Shown here one piece after another: positions 49,301 to 55,999 of a stretch of 64,000 bases of DNA. The stretch is from positions 1 to 64,000 of IMG/VR virus record IMGVR_UViG_3300032242_002454. One strand, given 5' to 3'. Position numbers and translations under genes: made by a program. Under the pieces are notes generated by a model. The model made no database searches. It saw only the letters and a program-made list of their open reading frames with translations, and was not told the DNA's origin. Position 1 is the stretch's first letter. Every line of letters begins with the position of its first letter.

Positions 49301-52300
49301 GCTATAATTTCTGGTGGTGTAGTTTTGGTTTTTCTTGCTGGTAATTCAGATAATTGACTATTAATAGAAGATAATCTTCCTGATATTCCTTTTCCACTTT
49401 GGAAACGACTTAATATAGCATCAAGTAGTTGTGGTCTTCTTTGTAAGGTTTTAATATGTTGTTGTATATATTGAAAACCATCAGGAGTCAACAGTTTTTT
49501 CATAGCAACAATGTCATTATTCATGATTGCTGCTCTAGCAGCAGTACCGCTAATACCATTTCTTGCTATAGCTAATGGTGAGTATCCATATCTAGAATAT
49601 TTATCTGTAGTTAATGATCCTTTGTCGTCTCCAATAATAGCAACATTTCCTGTCTCTTTTGGTACTATGTATGAGTCATCTCCAACCTTAAATGAGCTAG
49701 GAATAGATCCCGGAGCACTTCCTTTAGGCATAGCAGAAACATTAAAGTCTCTAGAACCGAATACTGTTTGAGCCATACCTAGTCTAGAGGGACCATCTTT
49801 AGATGTTTGCGGCAGATACGCTGTTCTTATTTGTTGATCATCTCTTTTAAGAGGATCTATAGGAGTATCTCCAGACACTACTACAATAGTATCTTTAGCA
49901 CTAACTCCTGCTTTTTTAGCTCCTTGTTCAGCTGCACTAACATGACCAGCTGTTGCTGGACCAAAATTACCAACATAGATTGCTGTTTTTTCTGGTGTTC
50001 TTACTGTTGGTTGGTTAGTTCTCTTCTTAGAAAAATTAGAACCAATAGCATATGTTACTACTTTTTTAGGGTCAACTCCAGAGACGCTACTAGCTGCAAT
50101 ATAGGCTTCTCCTGGACCACTATCTAAAGAAGCTCCCTTCGTAGCTCCTACTTTACGTCCAAATAATCCTTGTCCTGTCTTATCTCTATACTTTCTATTT
50201 TCTACTAGTGCTGTTTGAGATTCTTTTGTTCTTGATGAAAGATTAATAATTCTATCTGATTGACTTAAAAATCCTCTTTGATTAGGACCAGCAACAGAAG
50301 TAGAGTCTATTATTTGATTTGATCTTAAAATATCTGCTTCTGTCAATATTGGATATCTATTAGTTTTTCTTAATCTGCTATTATCTGCCTGTTGAGCTTT
50401 AGAGCCTCCTTGAACAAATGTACTCTTGCCTGAACCTGCAACGCCATGAACAGTTGTTAGTCTACTTAAGTCTCCAGATTTACGTTTTGCTGCTGCAAAA
50501 TTAGATAAATGCATTTTATATTTATGTATATCTGCAATCTTAAGTCTTTCCATCTCTTTTCTAACAACAACTGCATGAATAGGATCATTTAATACGTCTC
50601 CATCTATATATCCTATATTACGAACTGTCTGTCCTCCAATATTAAATTTTTGAACACTTCCTCCTCCAGCATGTCTATTAATACGATGAAGATTTCCTAC
50701 TCCAATACTGCGAACAGCACTTTTTCTAATAACAAACTCACCAGGAGTCAACATGGCTGGAACAGTGTCTCCATCCCCAGAACCCGGAACATGACCACCA
50801 GCAGCAAAAGCCCTAATTTGTCCACCCTGACTATTTCTATTGGGTCTCATACCACCAATAAATCCTCTACCAAATTGACCAATAGCAGATAATCCTCTTA
50901 GTGCAAAGATAGCTCCTAAAGCTGGTAATGCTCCCTTAGCAGCATCTGTTAATCGAATTAAATTACTAGTTAAGTCTAAAGATAATTTAACGAAAGATTG
51001 GAATCCAGAACTTTGTCCAATAGATCGGACTAATCCTACAAATTCATTTCTTACTTTTGCCATTTGAACAGCTAAAGATTGTTGTGCTGTGGCAGCATCA
51101 ATTGCTAAAGAGTCTTGTCCACTTTGTGCAACCTTTAATGCTGCTTGAGCAGTTGCGAACTGTTGAATTAATGGGATCACCTTACCAATCTGACGGAAAC
51201 CACCAAGTTCTTCTACAATTCTGGAGAACTTTAAATCTCGGGGATCTAGTTGTGATAATCCTTCACTTAATCTTCTAACAGCTTCATATGGTCCAACGAA
51301 CTTGCCTTGTAGATCTGTTAATGTTACACCATATTCTTTAAGAGCATCAATTGTGTCGCCTCTTTGAATTCTGGTAAAAATTGTTCTTAAACCAGTAGCA
51401 ATAGTTTCAGCACTTTCACGAGTAGTAGCACGAACACTGGTAAATACAGCCATAAATTCATTTAAGGCTTGAGTACCTTCGCTAACTCCCTTACTAGCTG
51501 TAGCAAACACACCACCAGTACGTTGAATAGCAGTAATAATGTCACCGGCTTCAACAGCAAATTTAGCAGCTACAGCGTTTACTGAACCTAGTGCTCTATC
51601 TAATTCACCAGCACTAATACCGAACTGTCTCATCAATGCAATACTACCTTCTACAGTACTATTTAAATTATCGAATGATGGAGCTAATGCACTAAGTGCT
51701 AATGCTTTTAATGCTTTCTCTGTATCTCTAGCACTTAAACCAGCCTGAGCTAATGTACTAGATACTTTAATTAATTCATTAGATGACACACCAAACTTAG
51801 TAGATAGATCAGTAATTTCAGCAACTAATCCACCCAAGTTTTTAACTGATGTATCAGTAACCTGAGATACTCTCACTAATTCTTGATTAAAAGCAATAAA
51901 ATCAGTTGTTGCCGATGTTAAAGCATTAGATACTTTATAGATAACCCCTGTTACTGTAGCAAATGCGGCAAATCTACGAACAGCCAATGCTGATTGGCGA
52001 CCAAATTCCATAAAAGCCGAAGTAGTAGTATTTGCAGCATTAGTAGCAGCAGCATTTTGCTGAACCATATTTCGTGTAGCAGCATTGATCTGTTGTAGGT
52101 TTGCTGGTAGATTAGCAGCACTATTATTAACTTGCTGTATAGCTGCTCCAAGATTTCTCAAAGATAATGCTGTAGCATTTGCTGAAGCATTAGTAGCTTG
52201 TAAGGTATTATTAAAATTTCTAAAAGTTTGGTTGAGCGTATTAATATTACGGGTAACACCGGGATCAACACGAACATTAACATTAGCATTAATTGTTCCT

Positions 52301-52389
52301 AATTGTCGCCTAATATCAGCAACAACGGTCCTAATATTAGATGGTCCTCGTAAATTTAACTCTGCTGTAAGATTAAAACCTCTAGACAT
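37321..52389 (-). CDS. Tape measure protein, 5022 aa, with embedded enzymatic cargo domains
   Basis: N-terminal TP901-type TMP core (LAQAGLS, AAKFAVEA, TGLRTIFTRI, GGFRQIGK) and long Ala/Gln helical regions. GAGGT SD. Lies downstream of the tube and chaperone genes. Confidence 0.9.
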   Translation of the reverse strand: MSRGFNLTAELNLRGPSNIRTVVADIRRQLGTINANVNVRVDPGVTRNINTLNQTFRNFNNTLQATNASANATALSLRNLGAAIQQVNNSAANLPANLQQINAATRNMVQQNAAATNAANTTTSAFMEFGRQSALAVRRFAAFATVTGVIYKVSNALTSATTDFIAFNQELVRVSQVTDTSVKNLGGLVAEITDLSTKFGVSSNELIKVSSTLAQAGLSARDTEKALKALALSALAPSFDNLNSTVEGSIALMRQFGISAGELDRALGSVNAVAAKFAVEAGDIITAIQRTGGVFATASKGVSEGTQALNEFMAVFTSVRATTRESAETIATGLRTIFTRIQRGDTIDALKEYGVTLTDLQGKFVGPYEAVRRLSEGLSQLDPRDLKFSRIVEELGGFRQIGKVIPLIQQFATAQAALKVAQSGQDSLAIDAATAQQSLAVQMAKVRNEFVGLVRSIGQSSGFQSFVKLSLDLTSNLIRLTDAAKGALPALGAIFALRGLSAIGQFGRGFIGGMRPNRNSQGGQIRAFAAGGHVPGSGDGDTVPAMLTPGEFVIRKSAVRSIGVGNLHRINRHAGGGSVQKFNIGGQTVRNIGYIDGDVLNDPIHAVVVRKEMERLKIADIHKYKMHLSNFAAAKRKSGDLSRLTTVHGVAGSGKSTFVQGGSKAQQADNSRLRKTNRYPILTEADILRSNQIIDSTSVAGPNQRGFLSQSDRIINLSSRTKESQTALVENRKYRDKTGQGLFGRKVGATKGASLDSGPGEAYIAASSVSGVDPKKVVTYAIGSNFSKKRTNQPTVRTPEKTAIYVGNFGPATAGHVSAAEQGAKKAGVSAKDTIVVVSGDTPIDPLKRDDQQIRTAYLPQTSKDGPSRLGMAQTVFGSRDFNVSAMPKGSAPGSIPSSFKVGDDSYIVPKETGNVAIIGDDKGSLTTDKYSRYGYSPLAIARNGISGTAARAAIMNNDIVAMKKLLTPDGFQYIQQHIKTLQRRPQLLDAILSRFQSGKGISGRLSSINSQLSELPARKTKTTPPEIIARMESLREERDHLTGKLGRRTGKMLSRIESMKMRTFSIGGDKGKPASMTEIARGLGISATSEEYKILKSRNLSLEQQQIKDSIIAKYTSKVGEKKNALSKKIDKAESFKGLKGVGNLVKDSSVGFAILSSKLSQGKKSLITTTDILSATPTKYKKDTKEVLDNTRGKAPYVLTKQGLSDPAKDYFNEAIGQGLFDGINGAVSTLFTKPGFSSLPKPAVTEGMKDKFLAGINPGAKGAFFEEILGAMRNKGSFDSSPDPNRPFDFPNYLGDAGSLFNKLGMQYVDAKASDDVATNKSMASKISGQLLLEEKEITRGTRLVAPIKKADGGHVQAMVSNGEAYIPPETAKAIGYGTLNRMNQADRNGMSSFSSGGISVFKGSGTGTSDSIGPIDLPVGSFILREAATKALGYRSGGAVRRVKGFSDGGKTYEAVSSFDAVSAQAEKAVDDLLAKIVGQIAAANPTVDFDTAHRAAEDQVIGGVSLGTRQAADLGDQNAAKAVADAQRKQVVSLTRQIRATDSSVSVSMAKAAAERKVADAWGGLYKAVQTNTQSQSRLAQSFPTLSRAFQGASRGLGSIRSRIMGPSEDEIANMSDVDRNRYQAKRDNRAAWMNRGLGLAFAAPMAAEAVGSMVGGSNGRGAAAFGTAFGGAVSVGAQFGPIGAATGAFVGLVLAMDSFKKAVAEADIDLSKKKIEGSATNAEAQLEKLNKNPKDAALTSSIIQNFKSIAAEEEKISAKQAELRQPSMLTRGLEKASFGFYKAARPTNEQIGEEETANQKVAGEIALKTISTKVESGSNIQEALASFGGDQDLAKLNIAQTNKKFNTENQRLENIKKTPGQDPQIIADIEKRQKELVNTYFKEETATLQATVAERSRVKALQQSARTLNLASVSISKTFDNMDQAIAAATMGLDKASQRIDEIASGQASLKTEFKSKDVLKNPNAYSQKERQTAISQVSGMFGTDKKFVEGLSKFGSSAEDTITKIAVQAQQTGASGEVLGENITRELTQQLIDTFGDNRVSDAIRTELKDAVQENVKKNNGVLDPQALIESTGGLKQLIDSQKKSFNTMLGQYEFIEKGLNQYGEAVQKAAELQTQAIGKFANLQGYIADSNVALKEALGEGRNISLKERASGAYTESAINAGVKPGSLTAANLTNQRTLLMGQQAAVQGNISKLENSGNAADPAVISLINKQKEALAGLNRQIAATEKGLETLPDLIRKDMENTKAKIEQLRGEKENKTQVGASFGEKLVTSTPTELKNLNSTYDLLNRTLNGQITTINQSVSSQQAYQKVIQDGGTHMEAVGAAQEAFASEAKNSFSLFNELIQVSGLDVTDKQKANNLRADLIQNTARNQGLNVENNPFLRDIIANLRAAPKEDPQIKALENLYKQQQAALGEATQKAINPLLEKQAQILNTANTALITALTNLTNAFNNAQGRNEGLGLARPGNVMTRAQGGPVYAASGTLVNYEPRGTDTVPAMLTPGEFVVNRSATQRNLPLLKSINSGNYAKGGVVYLAGGTTNPVHHVGINVRPGHPLFRFLIARESDPTLSNPRTLKEWKNAISSAHRQGYTSGILDPMFEPYIQEVGDAIDRRDGRKPLPSQSSTTPKPKTTFKPDLPDTKPSFLTRARETAGSIYERTKGFLSGTRSGARNLGSGLANGARGFSANNAGSLTSLGAGVVLSASGVDEKTAHLLTTTGEFGVRFGHTFATAAGDATVGSMATTARAGTASTIALNTGIDAIRTGGEFLYDREAFHRNRVDSTRHNETSMIGGALQGFTRPINTMVEAGYTASSAIEAQHEAFDSTDRVNNALLRTRGPRGPSVIPFRDPLARFNVIERSALERLAELERERRRIQNGGAPKPVANQPGKFMDEAFLNQQMILTREALNSEDSTLVPGYLYGNTRVSRGNNTKGAENKNYYDRAIQDQITYTEMMEQRTQQEIERKRVQKVHARHEKAKAGREQRRQQRKIADRASSSIFGNVNGESIDASNMGSENEAPTSSRMRINIVNGQTDFYGLGATGQRVRQKEEETYKRNRQASNQAEANSLVAHPALPPGVGKIAFDGDRIDVYKQTEKLGKEKKEIEADLDRFKYKDPKNMSDDDKAEKARLERQLSAKNREIIVLNNKAAENYPIAEQNRLWKNYEKKQEREANRAQILASNRANSRRFNLELAVGKAVGMGAPDKFRSPEAFMGWREQTLSKLRAKFNLSGSPRLDEKLLTKYGLSADAAQDLFRPFTPEQAEALIKTMSQQTVGGNYKYSDRDISILRMSQDQIEQAAFRIYNKSGDYGADVATMAERKRLEKAQGKTFAKLLRNFTSIDKMAARGQSMNLAQQAMLRNNISKQLTKMGYINPQDTDAANAARLSAFNINNTVGLLYPRVAAGNPAFRVAQGASNGGMIYAAEGALVNYQPRGTDTVPAMLTPGEFVVNAKATSQHLPLLQALNKSNGGVIYRAAGGETKSLSPTQASSQIRDRDLNSRLQQEIANNTKNNLSVSSQVSDITKTTKDKEIPKLLNNTQSIATSNAARFDKVDSTGQALVKNTNKLLIASRVFSSGGMVYASNGKLINYQPRGTDTVPAMLTPGEFVVNAQATSSNLPLLQAINKSKGGPVYLQKGGGLPGAAAAGNPNPLKDFKSILGKKAAHDILSNKNMYDIFNNDMLHEDLDVEEKADQAQKYINKQIGEDNKQQAYDSVIKNLHERRNYVEAIYKSNKNTRLNIPAKEGIIQLHNETLDNILKTQEDHGFEEYIRLLKVNTIISQYSGAPHFNKGGIVYAQDGTLIDRIERKTGVRINSNPVTDSGKSSNEPFPGAVNVTDPENLEAHKRSFVEILDKYTTGYKPGKMTAGSRKLRNLARRNFGLEFHGQGDVDNPNYDGQYFAYGDKTGSIHYRDKYVDPKLIHHELGHALVNASGQFKNTFNTKTRLQENIETFLKDPKGWDALKKATGTFYTAEDLRKDPREIFTNLIQAESTDAFKNNPAASELLSQIMKAYGFSKGGVVYAQDGRKVESIVPFRSLADKRAAEKRTAYNASQEAKRNKAESFVPYPSLAAKIADQKKIAHGNAQQDKRNQAVVEQATREFKHKTRGALHDQEVYDRQNAYDNEMERRRQQENSPEAAQERQQQALDRDRNTRAPGFGGAGIQYDQQGKPYSRGGIIYAQSGGFLNQLLGYAQEAGLQAESFAYGAAKSVLPTLVGTGVGAVSGPAAPVTGIASGVAAAHAQENYLNAFAPELNEYMNKRMNERPWASMGGSAIGGGVTRAGGNITRIPELLKGSVGQRAASAGIGGGLSLGFSALDGKLTVDELKMAGRESMISAAIPGNLQSSKPQVPAQKPLSPREEAILKMVGTSTNLKEMITFLRVEAASGNSDTLDNSTYSQRLTEAAARDGGSIGENRSRYFFPENETEAASQLSFYLSKRSGTIQSLPQREQYNAPLDSLQDMVIKRLQLPRGEAEKYRLSHTNMSDHPLTKASAMRGSEFVFPKEVAQQATQVDIQDLPFHLQMSARYPNMAPALGIKASKYHSPRPHLSGIEYTGSGFPVQDTLTNKEQISQFLIESFTNRNELDKALDVGLLDDRFKSKGGVIYAQDGFDPSRPLNPMMNRHGKGPTSTLPQQPITNFDSEKLAGEGKAALYGAAKSILPGLAGLGAGVLGLPTTGPGGFAISLGAGTAVYKAQENYLNALAPELNKNINDTMEEHWQASLLGSVVAGAGADKIGRNLPTISFTRNIARFGGELSAPYTPSAAEQAAAAFRQGKPGIKTPPLSPETSKPGMLDGIFEEFKQKSLSSTHKANGGMIYASRGTLVNYQPRGTDTVPAMLTPGEFVVNRQATQQNLPLLQSINNGNNHMSGGGSVYLADGGSVPVTGSSTFNFGQIFTTLSQTTKQFTNSLQLAVNTLSEYQKQLSSTTTNSVSNNNGSNTLNMDGLSQFTNTFNKFIGQLEQIKIPEQVSLQGTHRVDVVINGASVFANMQEPIQRMIVTEVDKAMNNLSRKTEGVL
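37740..50830 (-). repeat. Dispersed intragenic repeat family in the TMP (GG-x-x-Y-A-x-x-G ... GTDTVPAMLTPGEFVV)
   Basis: Long copies at about 50630-50830, 44755-44950, 41935-42126, 41460-41650 and 37740-37940, and a degenerate double copy at about 48050-48330. Short GGxxYAQ(D/S)G copies at about 40976-41010, 40298-40333, 39823-39861 and 38546-38584. Confidence 0.9.
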
Positions 52390-52404
52390 AATTTATATTA
52401 CCTC

Positions 52405-52442
52405 AAAAAAATAACACCACACTGTCGATTAACAGTATGGTG
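52405..52442 (-). terminator. Rho-independent terminator immediately upstream of the TMP gene
   Basis: Minus strand CACCATACTGT-TAATCG-ACAGTGTGGTG (11 bp, one G-U) followed by TTATTTTTTT. Confidence 0.7.
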
Positions 52443-52472
52443 CTATAAGTGAAACAAAATTTAAAAAAAATA

Positions 52473-53354
52473 TCAGACAGTCTTATCTGATGGAGTTGGC
52501 TCTGGGGATGGCGTAGTTGTAGGTGTTGTTTCATCTTTTTTAGTTTCTTCTTTATTGCTTTCTAATACAACAGGCTTTCCTTCTTCGTCCAAAAATGGCT
52601 GTGCTTCAACTACATAGTCACCTTCTAGATCTACCCTATTGCCGAACTTATCAACAAAGTTACCCTGCTCATCAATGAAACGATTATTCTCATCGATCAA
52701 CCTACCTTCTGCATCAACCAAACGACCCTGCTTATCAACAAGTCTTAGTTTTTCATCAACAAATTTATACTTCTGTAAAAACTTATTTTCAGGTAAAGTC
52801 TTTTCAAAATTATTATCCAACCCATAAATTATATTAGCCAATTTTTGAGCACCAAGCAAAGCCACTGGGTCATCAGCTTTGTTCAAATACTCTTCCAAAC
52901 TCTTAAAATAAGGCTCATTAGTATCTTTATACACCACACAAGCAGATACTAAATAATTAAACCTAGCATTATCAGCTTGACCTTCAGCACTATGATTATC
53001 TAGAGATGTACGAACACTAATTAGATCTCTTATTTCGGCTCTAATTTCTTTCATCTTTAAAGCAAGATCTTTAGCCTCTTTTAGACCAAATCCACCTTTA
53101 GCTAATCTCTTTTCACCATCTAGTAGTTCTTGTTGCAGGTCTGAAAACTTCTTCTGTTTGTCTCTATTCCATAATCCCTGTTCTTCTAAAAGATCATCCA
53201 TCTTGGCTCTAACCACAGACTTGCTCTTGATAGCGTCTGTAAAGGCTTGGTTATAAGTCTTCTGGGCTTCTCTCTGGTCATTTAAAGAGGGTGAACGAAC
53301 CACGAAATGCTTCTCTACGTTATCAACAACCACACTAAAATTATCAGTTTTCAT
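52473..53354 (-). CDS. Putative tail assembly chaperone with 7-residue D-x-x-G repeats
   Basis: Directly upstream of the TMP; helical N-terminus; RLVDKQG/RLVDAEG/RLIDENN/RFIDEQG/NFVDKFG/NRVDLEG repeats. Confidence 0.55.
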   Translation of the reverse strand: MKTDNFSVVVDNVEKHFVVRSPSLNDQREAQKTYNQAFTDAIKSKSVVRAKMDDLLEEQGLWNRDKQKKFSDLQQELLDGEKRLAKGGFGLKEAKDLALKMKEIRAEIRDLISVRTSLDNHSAEGQADNARFNYLVSACVVYKDTNEPYFKSLEEYLNKADDPVALLGAQKLANIIYGLDNNFEKTLPENKFLQKYKFVDEKLRLVDKQGRLVDAEGRLIDENNRFIDEQGNFVDKFGNRVDLEGDYVVEAQPFLDEEGKPVVLESNKEETKKDETTPTTTPSPEPTPSDKTV

Positions 53355-53355
53355 A

Positions 53356-53661
53356 TTAATTGTCCTTCCTGTCTTGATTTTTAATTACTGGAAATGAGTA
53401 GTTATATTGTGTCTTAAACAAACCGCCGTATCTATAAAAGTCTTCTTTAATATTTCTAATTTGTGTATTACCGTGATTCAAAATTTGATTACGAGTGTAA
53501 TCCCACATATCAGCAAATTCTTCTTCTTTTTGTGATAGTTCTCCATCTTTATCATGGCCCCACAAAAAACCAAAGTTATCTTCCATGCGAGCTAATGCTC
53601 CGATCATGGTTGTTTGAATCCTTTTTTCCATATAAAATCTTAGTCTGTCTGGATCATACAT
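53356..53661 (-). CDS. Hypothetical protein (101 aa)
   Basis: Tightly packed between neighbours on the coding strand. Confidence 0.75.
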   Translation of the reverse strand: MYDPDRLRFYMEKRIQTTMIGALARMEDNFGFLWGHDKDGELSQKEEEFADMWDYTRNQILNHGNTQIRNIKEDFYRYGGLFKTQYNYSFPVIKNQDRKDN

Positions 53662-53665
53662 AAAA

Positions 53666-54706
53666 CTATCCCTTACTATTTAATTGTTGTACTATCCTCT
53701 GTTGAACATCCGGTAATTGAGCATCGGGCACTCTATTTCCAGCATGGGTCTTTGTTACAAAATCTACCTTTTGTCTAAGAGTAGATAATCCTTCATTATT
53801 ATTAAGTCCAAGTATATCATCTGCCTGTTGTTTATTTCCGGCCATTAAAAATACTTCAGAAGCATTTTTCAAATTGCCACTCAATACATTTTCTACACCC
53901 TTTTGCTTTTTTTGTCTTTCATTTTCTTGTTTATTAAAAAGCATCCAACCATCTAGAGCATCATCATCATTAATAATATCTTGTTGTGGACATTCTGGAT
54001 GTTCATATATCTTATCATACATATAAGAAATATTTATCAAACTCTTTTGTTCTTCAGACCATTCTTTAACAGAATCATCTAGTATATTACTTTTATTATT
54101 ATTCCAATAATTTCTCCAATATTCACTTCTAGCGAGAGCTTTGAAAGTACTAATATCTATCAGATTTTGAGAAATTTTGGATGCTATACTGTTAAAAAAA
54201 TTATAATTAATATGATCATTGTTAAAAATTAAATTATCTGTATTATATTCATAAAGAGTATTAGTTATTAAAAATTCATTCCTAATATTATCACAATAAT
54301 GTTCTAATGTAATATAATCTAAGCAATGTTGTTTTTGTAAGAATTGCTCAAGATCCTTTTTTAAATTTTGTATTTTCTGTTTAATTTTATTTCTTTTGGT
54401 ACTATCAAAGTATTGTTGATATAGTGTAATTTTACTGGACTCTAAACTTTTTTCTATTTTCTCTATTATTTTTTTATAGTCCCATGGAAGAATCTGTAAT
54501 TCAAATAATAAATGTTCAATATCTTCTAAGAACCAAAATTCATTATAGAGATTATTCTCATAGGCATCGGTATAGAGAATATCTCCACTAATTTTTAGAG
54601 ATAAAGAAGGTTTCCTAAGTTCATAAGTGATATCATTACAAACAAAAACTTGTTTTCCAGATAAAATCCTATGTACTAGTATTTCGTGATACTTAGACTC
54701 ATTCAC
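53666..54706 (-). CDS. Putative tail assembly chaperone-like protein (346 aa, GTG start)
   Basis: Between tube and TMP; helical; YDKIYEHPECP...DDDALDGW segment. Function inferred from synteny. Confidence 0.55.
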   Translation of the reverse strand: MNESKYHEILVHRILSGKQVFVCNDITYELRKPSLSLKISGDILYTDAYENNLYNEFWFLEDIEHLLFELQILPWDYKKIIEKIEKSLESSKITLYQQYFDSTKRNKIKQKIQNLKKDLEQFLQKQHCLDYITLEHYCDNIRNEFLITNTLYEYNTDNLIFNNDHINYNFFNSIASKISQNLIDISTFKALARSEYWRNYWNNNKSNILDDSVKEWSEEQKSLINISYMYDKIYEHPECPQQDIINDDDALDGWMLFNKQENERQKKQKGVENVLSGNLKNASEVFLMAGNKQQADDILGLNNNEGLSTLRQKVDFVTKTHAGNRVPDAQLPDVQQRIVQQLNSKG

Positions 54707-54708
54707 AT

Positions 54709-54855
54709 TTACTGTTCTTGAGAAATAATAGAAGCTTGTAATTTAGAGATATCTTTTTCTCTATCTTCCAATTTTTTTTGTAGATTTTCTATTATTTTTT
54801 GACTTTGTAATAGATCTAAATATAATTTTCCTATTGTTGCAAATACTTCATCCAT
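54709..54855 (-). CDS. Small coiled-coil protein (48 aa) missing from the ORF track
   Basis: MDEVFATIGKLYLDLLQSQKIIENLQKKLEDREKDISKLQASIISQEQ*; GAGGA SD upstream; fills the gap exactly. Confidence 0.75.
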   Translation of the reverse strand: MDEVFATIGKLYLDLLQSQKIIENLQKKLEDREKDISKLQASIISQEQ

Positions 54856-54900
54856 AATAGTCCTCGAACCATGTTCTTTTGATATAAATTAACTTAACAA

Positions 54901-55977
54901 TTAGTAATCATTACCTGGGGTTGGTAGCCCACTTTCAATAACATCAGTAAAACCAATTGGAGCATAACCACTACCAGAAGCAGGTGGAGTAAAGATAAAA
55001 TCACTGTATGTTGTATAGCTATAAGTGATTGTAGCATTACCACCATCAGTGCCACCGCCGTTGTAGTTAACTGACTTGAGCTTGTTCTTACTACCAAGAT
55101 CAATACTCATACCGTCGCAAAGAGCAATCTTGATACTCTTATTACTAAGAGCCTTTGGGTTACTGCAAGAGGTGTTACTGGAACCGCTAACTCCAACCAT
55201 GTCTCCAGTATTAGCTGTAACTTCAATATCTGTTGAAATTTCAACTGGAAACTTGATATAACGATAGTAAGGTGTTCTACTACCTAATTCACGAATTTGT
55301 TCACGACCAAGATTCATACTAACTTTAACACTGTTAATCTTAATACCACCTGGAATACCACCAGAAGCTGACTGTTTATCCAAAGTGTTACCGACCCCAG
55401 TACCACCAGTTGGAAGAATAGTATTAGCAACACTCCATAATCCACGACGCATAATACCAAGACCTGACGGAACATCAACAGATGGTGCTGTTCCAGTAGA
55501 ACTTAGTGCTGATGCCCATGTTTTATCGTTACTTACCAAAGTAACTTCTTCTGTAAAATTACCATCTGTGGGGAAGTTATATGTGACAGATGATAGGTAG
55601 GCTGGGGTGCATTCCACTACTGCAATAGGAACACCTGTGGCACTAGTAACTGTATCTGGATAAAGCAACATTTTGACACCGCAACGATTATTTGCTAAAT
55701 CAGCTAAACTGCCACTACCCATACTCATTTCATAGATTGTTGGCATACCATCTAAAACTTTATTCAAAGTAATTTCAACTTCTGGAATTTCTTCATAGTT
55801 ATCATATAAAGAAAGTTGACCAAGTTGATAAACTGGTTCTAGATTAAAGTTTGTTTGCATTCCGACACTTTGTAAACCTTGTACTGTGTCGTAGTCAGTA
55901 TTGAAGGTACGTTTAGTGCCTGATGGACCAGCTAATTGAACAGATTGGCAGGCGTAGTAAATACGATTTGAGGCCAT
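54901..55977 (-). CDS. Putative major tail tube protein
   Basis: GLQSVGMQTNFNLEPVYQLGQL, VEITLNKV, EQIRELG...PVEISTDIEV and NATITYSY give a tube-fold-like strand pattern; GGAGA SD; synteny. Confidence 0.7.
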   Translation of the reverse strand: MASNRIYYACQSVQLAGPSGTKRTFNTDYDTVQGLQSVGMQTNFNLEPVYQLGQLSLYDNYEEIPEVEITLNKVLDGMPTIYEMSMGSGSLADLANNRCGVKMLLYPDTVTSATGVPIAVVECTPAYLSSVTYNFPTDGNFTEEVTLVSNDKTWASALSSTGTAPSVDVPSGLGIMRRGLWSVANTILPTGGTGVGNTLDKQSASGGIPGGIKINSVKVSMNLGREQIRELGSRTPYYRYIKFPVEISTDIEVTANTGDMVGVSGSSNTSCSNPKALSNKSIKIALCDGMSIDLGSKNKLKSVNYNGGGTDGGNATITYSYTTYSDFIFTPPASGSGYAPIGFTDVIESGLPTPGNDY

Positions 55978-55999
55978 GAGAGTGTCTCCATTAATTTGG

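Noticed and set aside
37740-50830. TMP repeats as a CRISPR-like array
   Set aside because: The copies are in-frame, irregularly spaced by hundreds to thousands of nt and conserved mainly at protein level.
37926-52414. Numerous 60-146 aa + strand ORFs opposite the TMP (and similar shadows opposite other long genes, e.g. 1385-1642, 14552-14917, 31417-31722, 55076-55600)
   Set aside because: These are antisense shadows of long coding frames with no SD, no motifs and Ser/Leu/Phe-biased composition.
54709-54855. Lambda G/GT-type -1 frameshift at A-AAA-AAA in the 48-aa ORF fusing it to the 346-aa ORF
   Set aside because: The -1 frame hits TAG three codons after the slippery run, so no fusion is possible. 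No GT-type ORF lies between the 293-aa gene and the TMP either.
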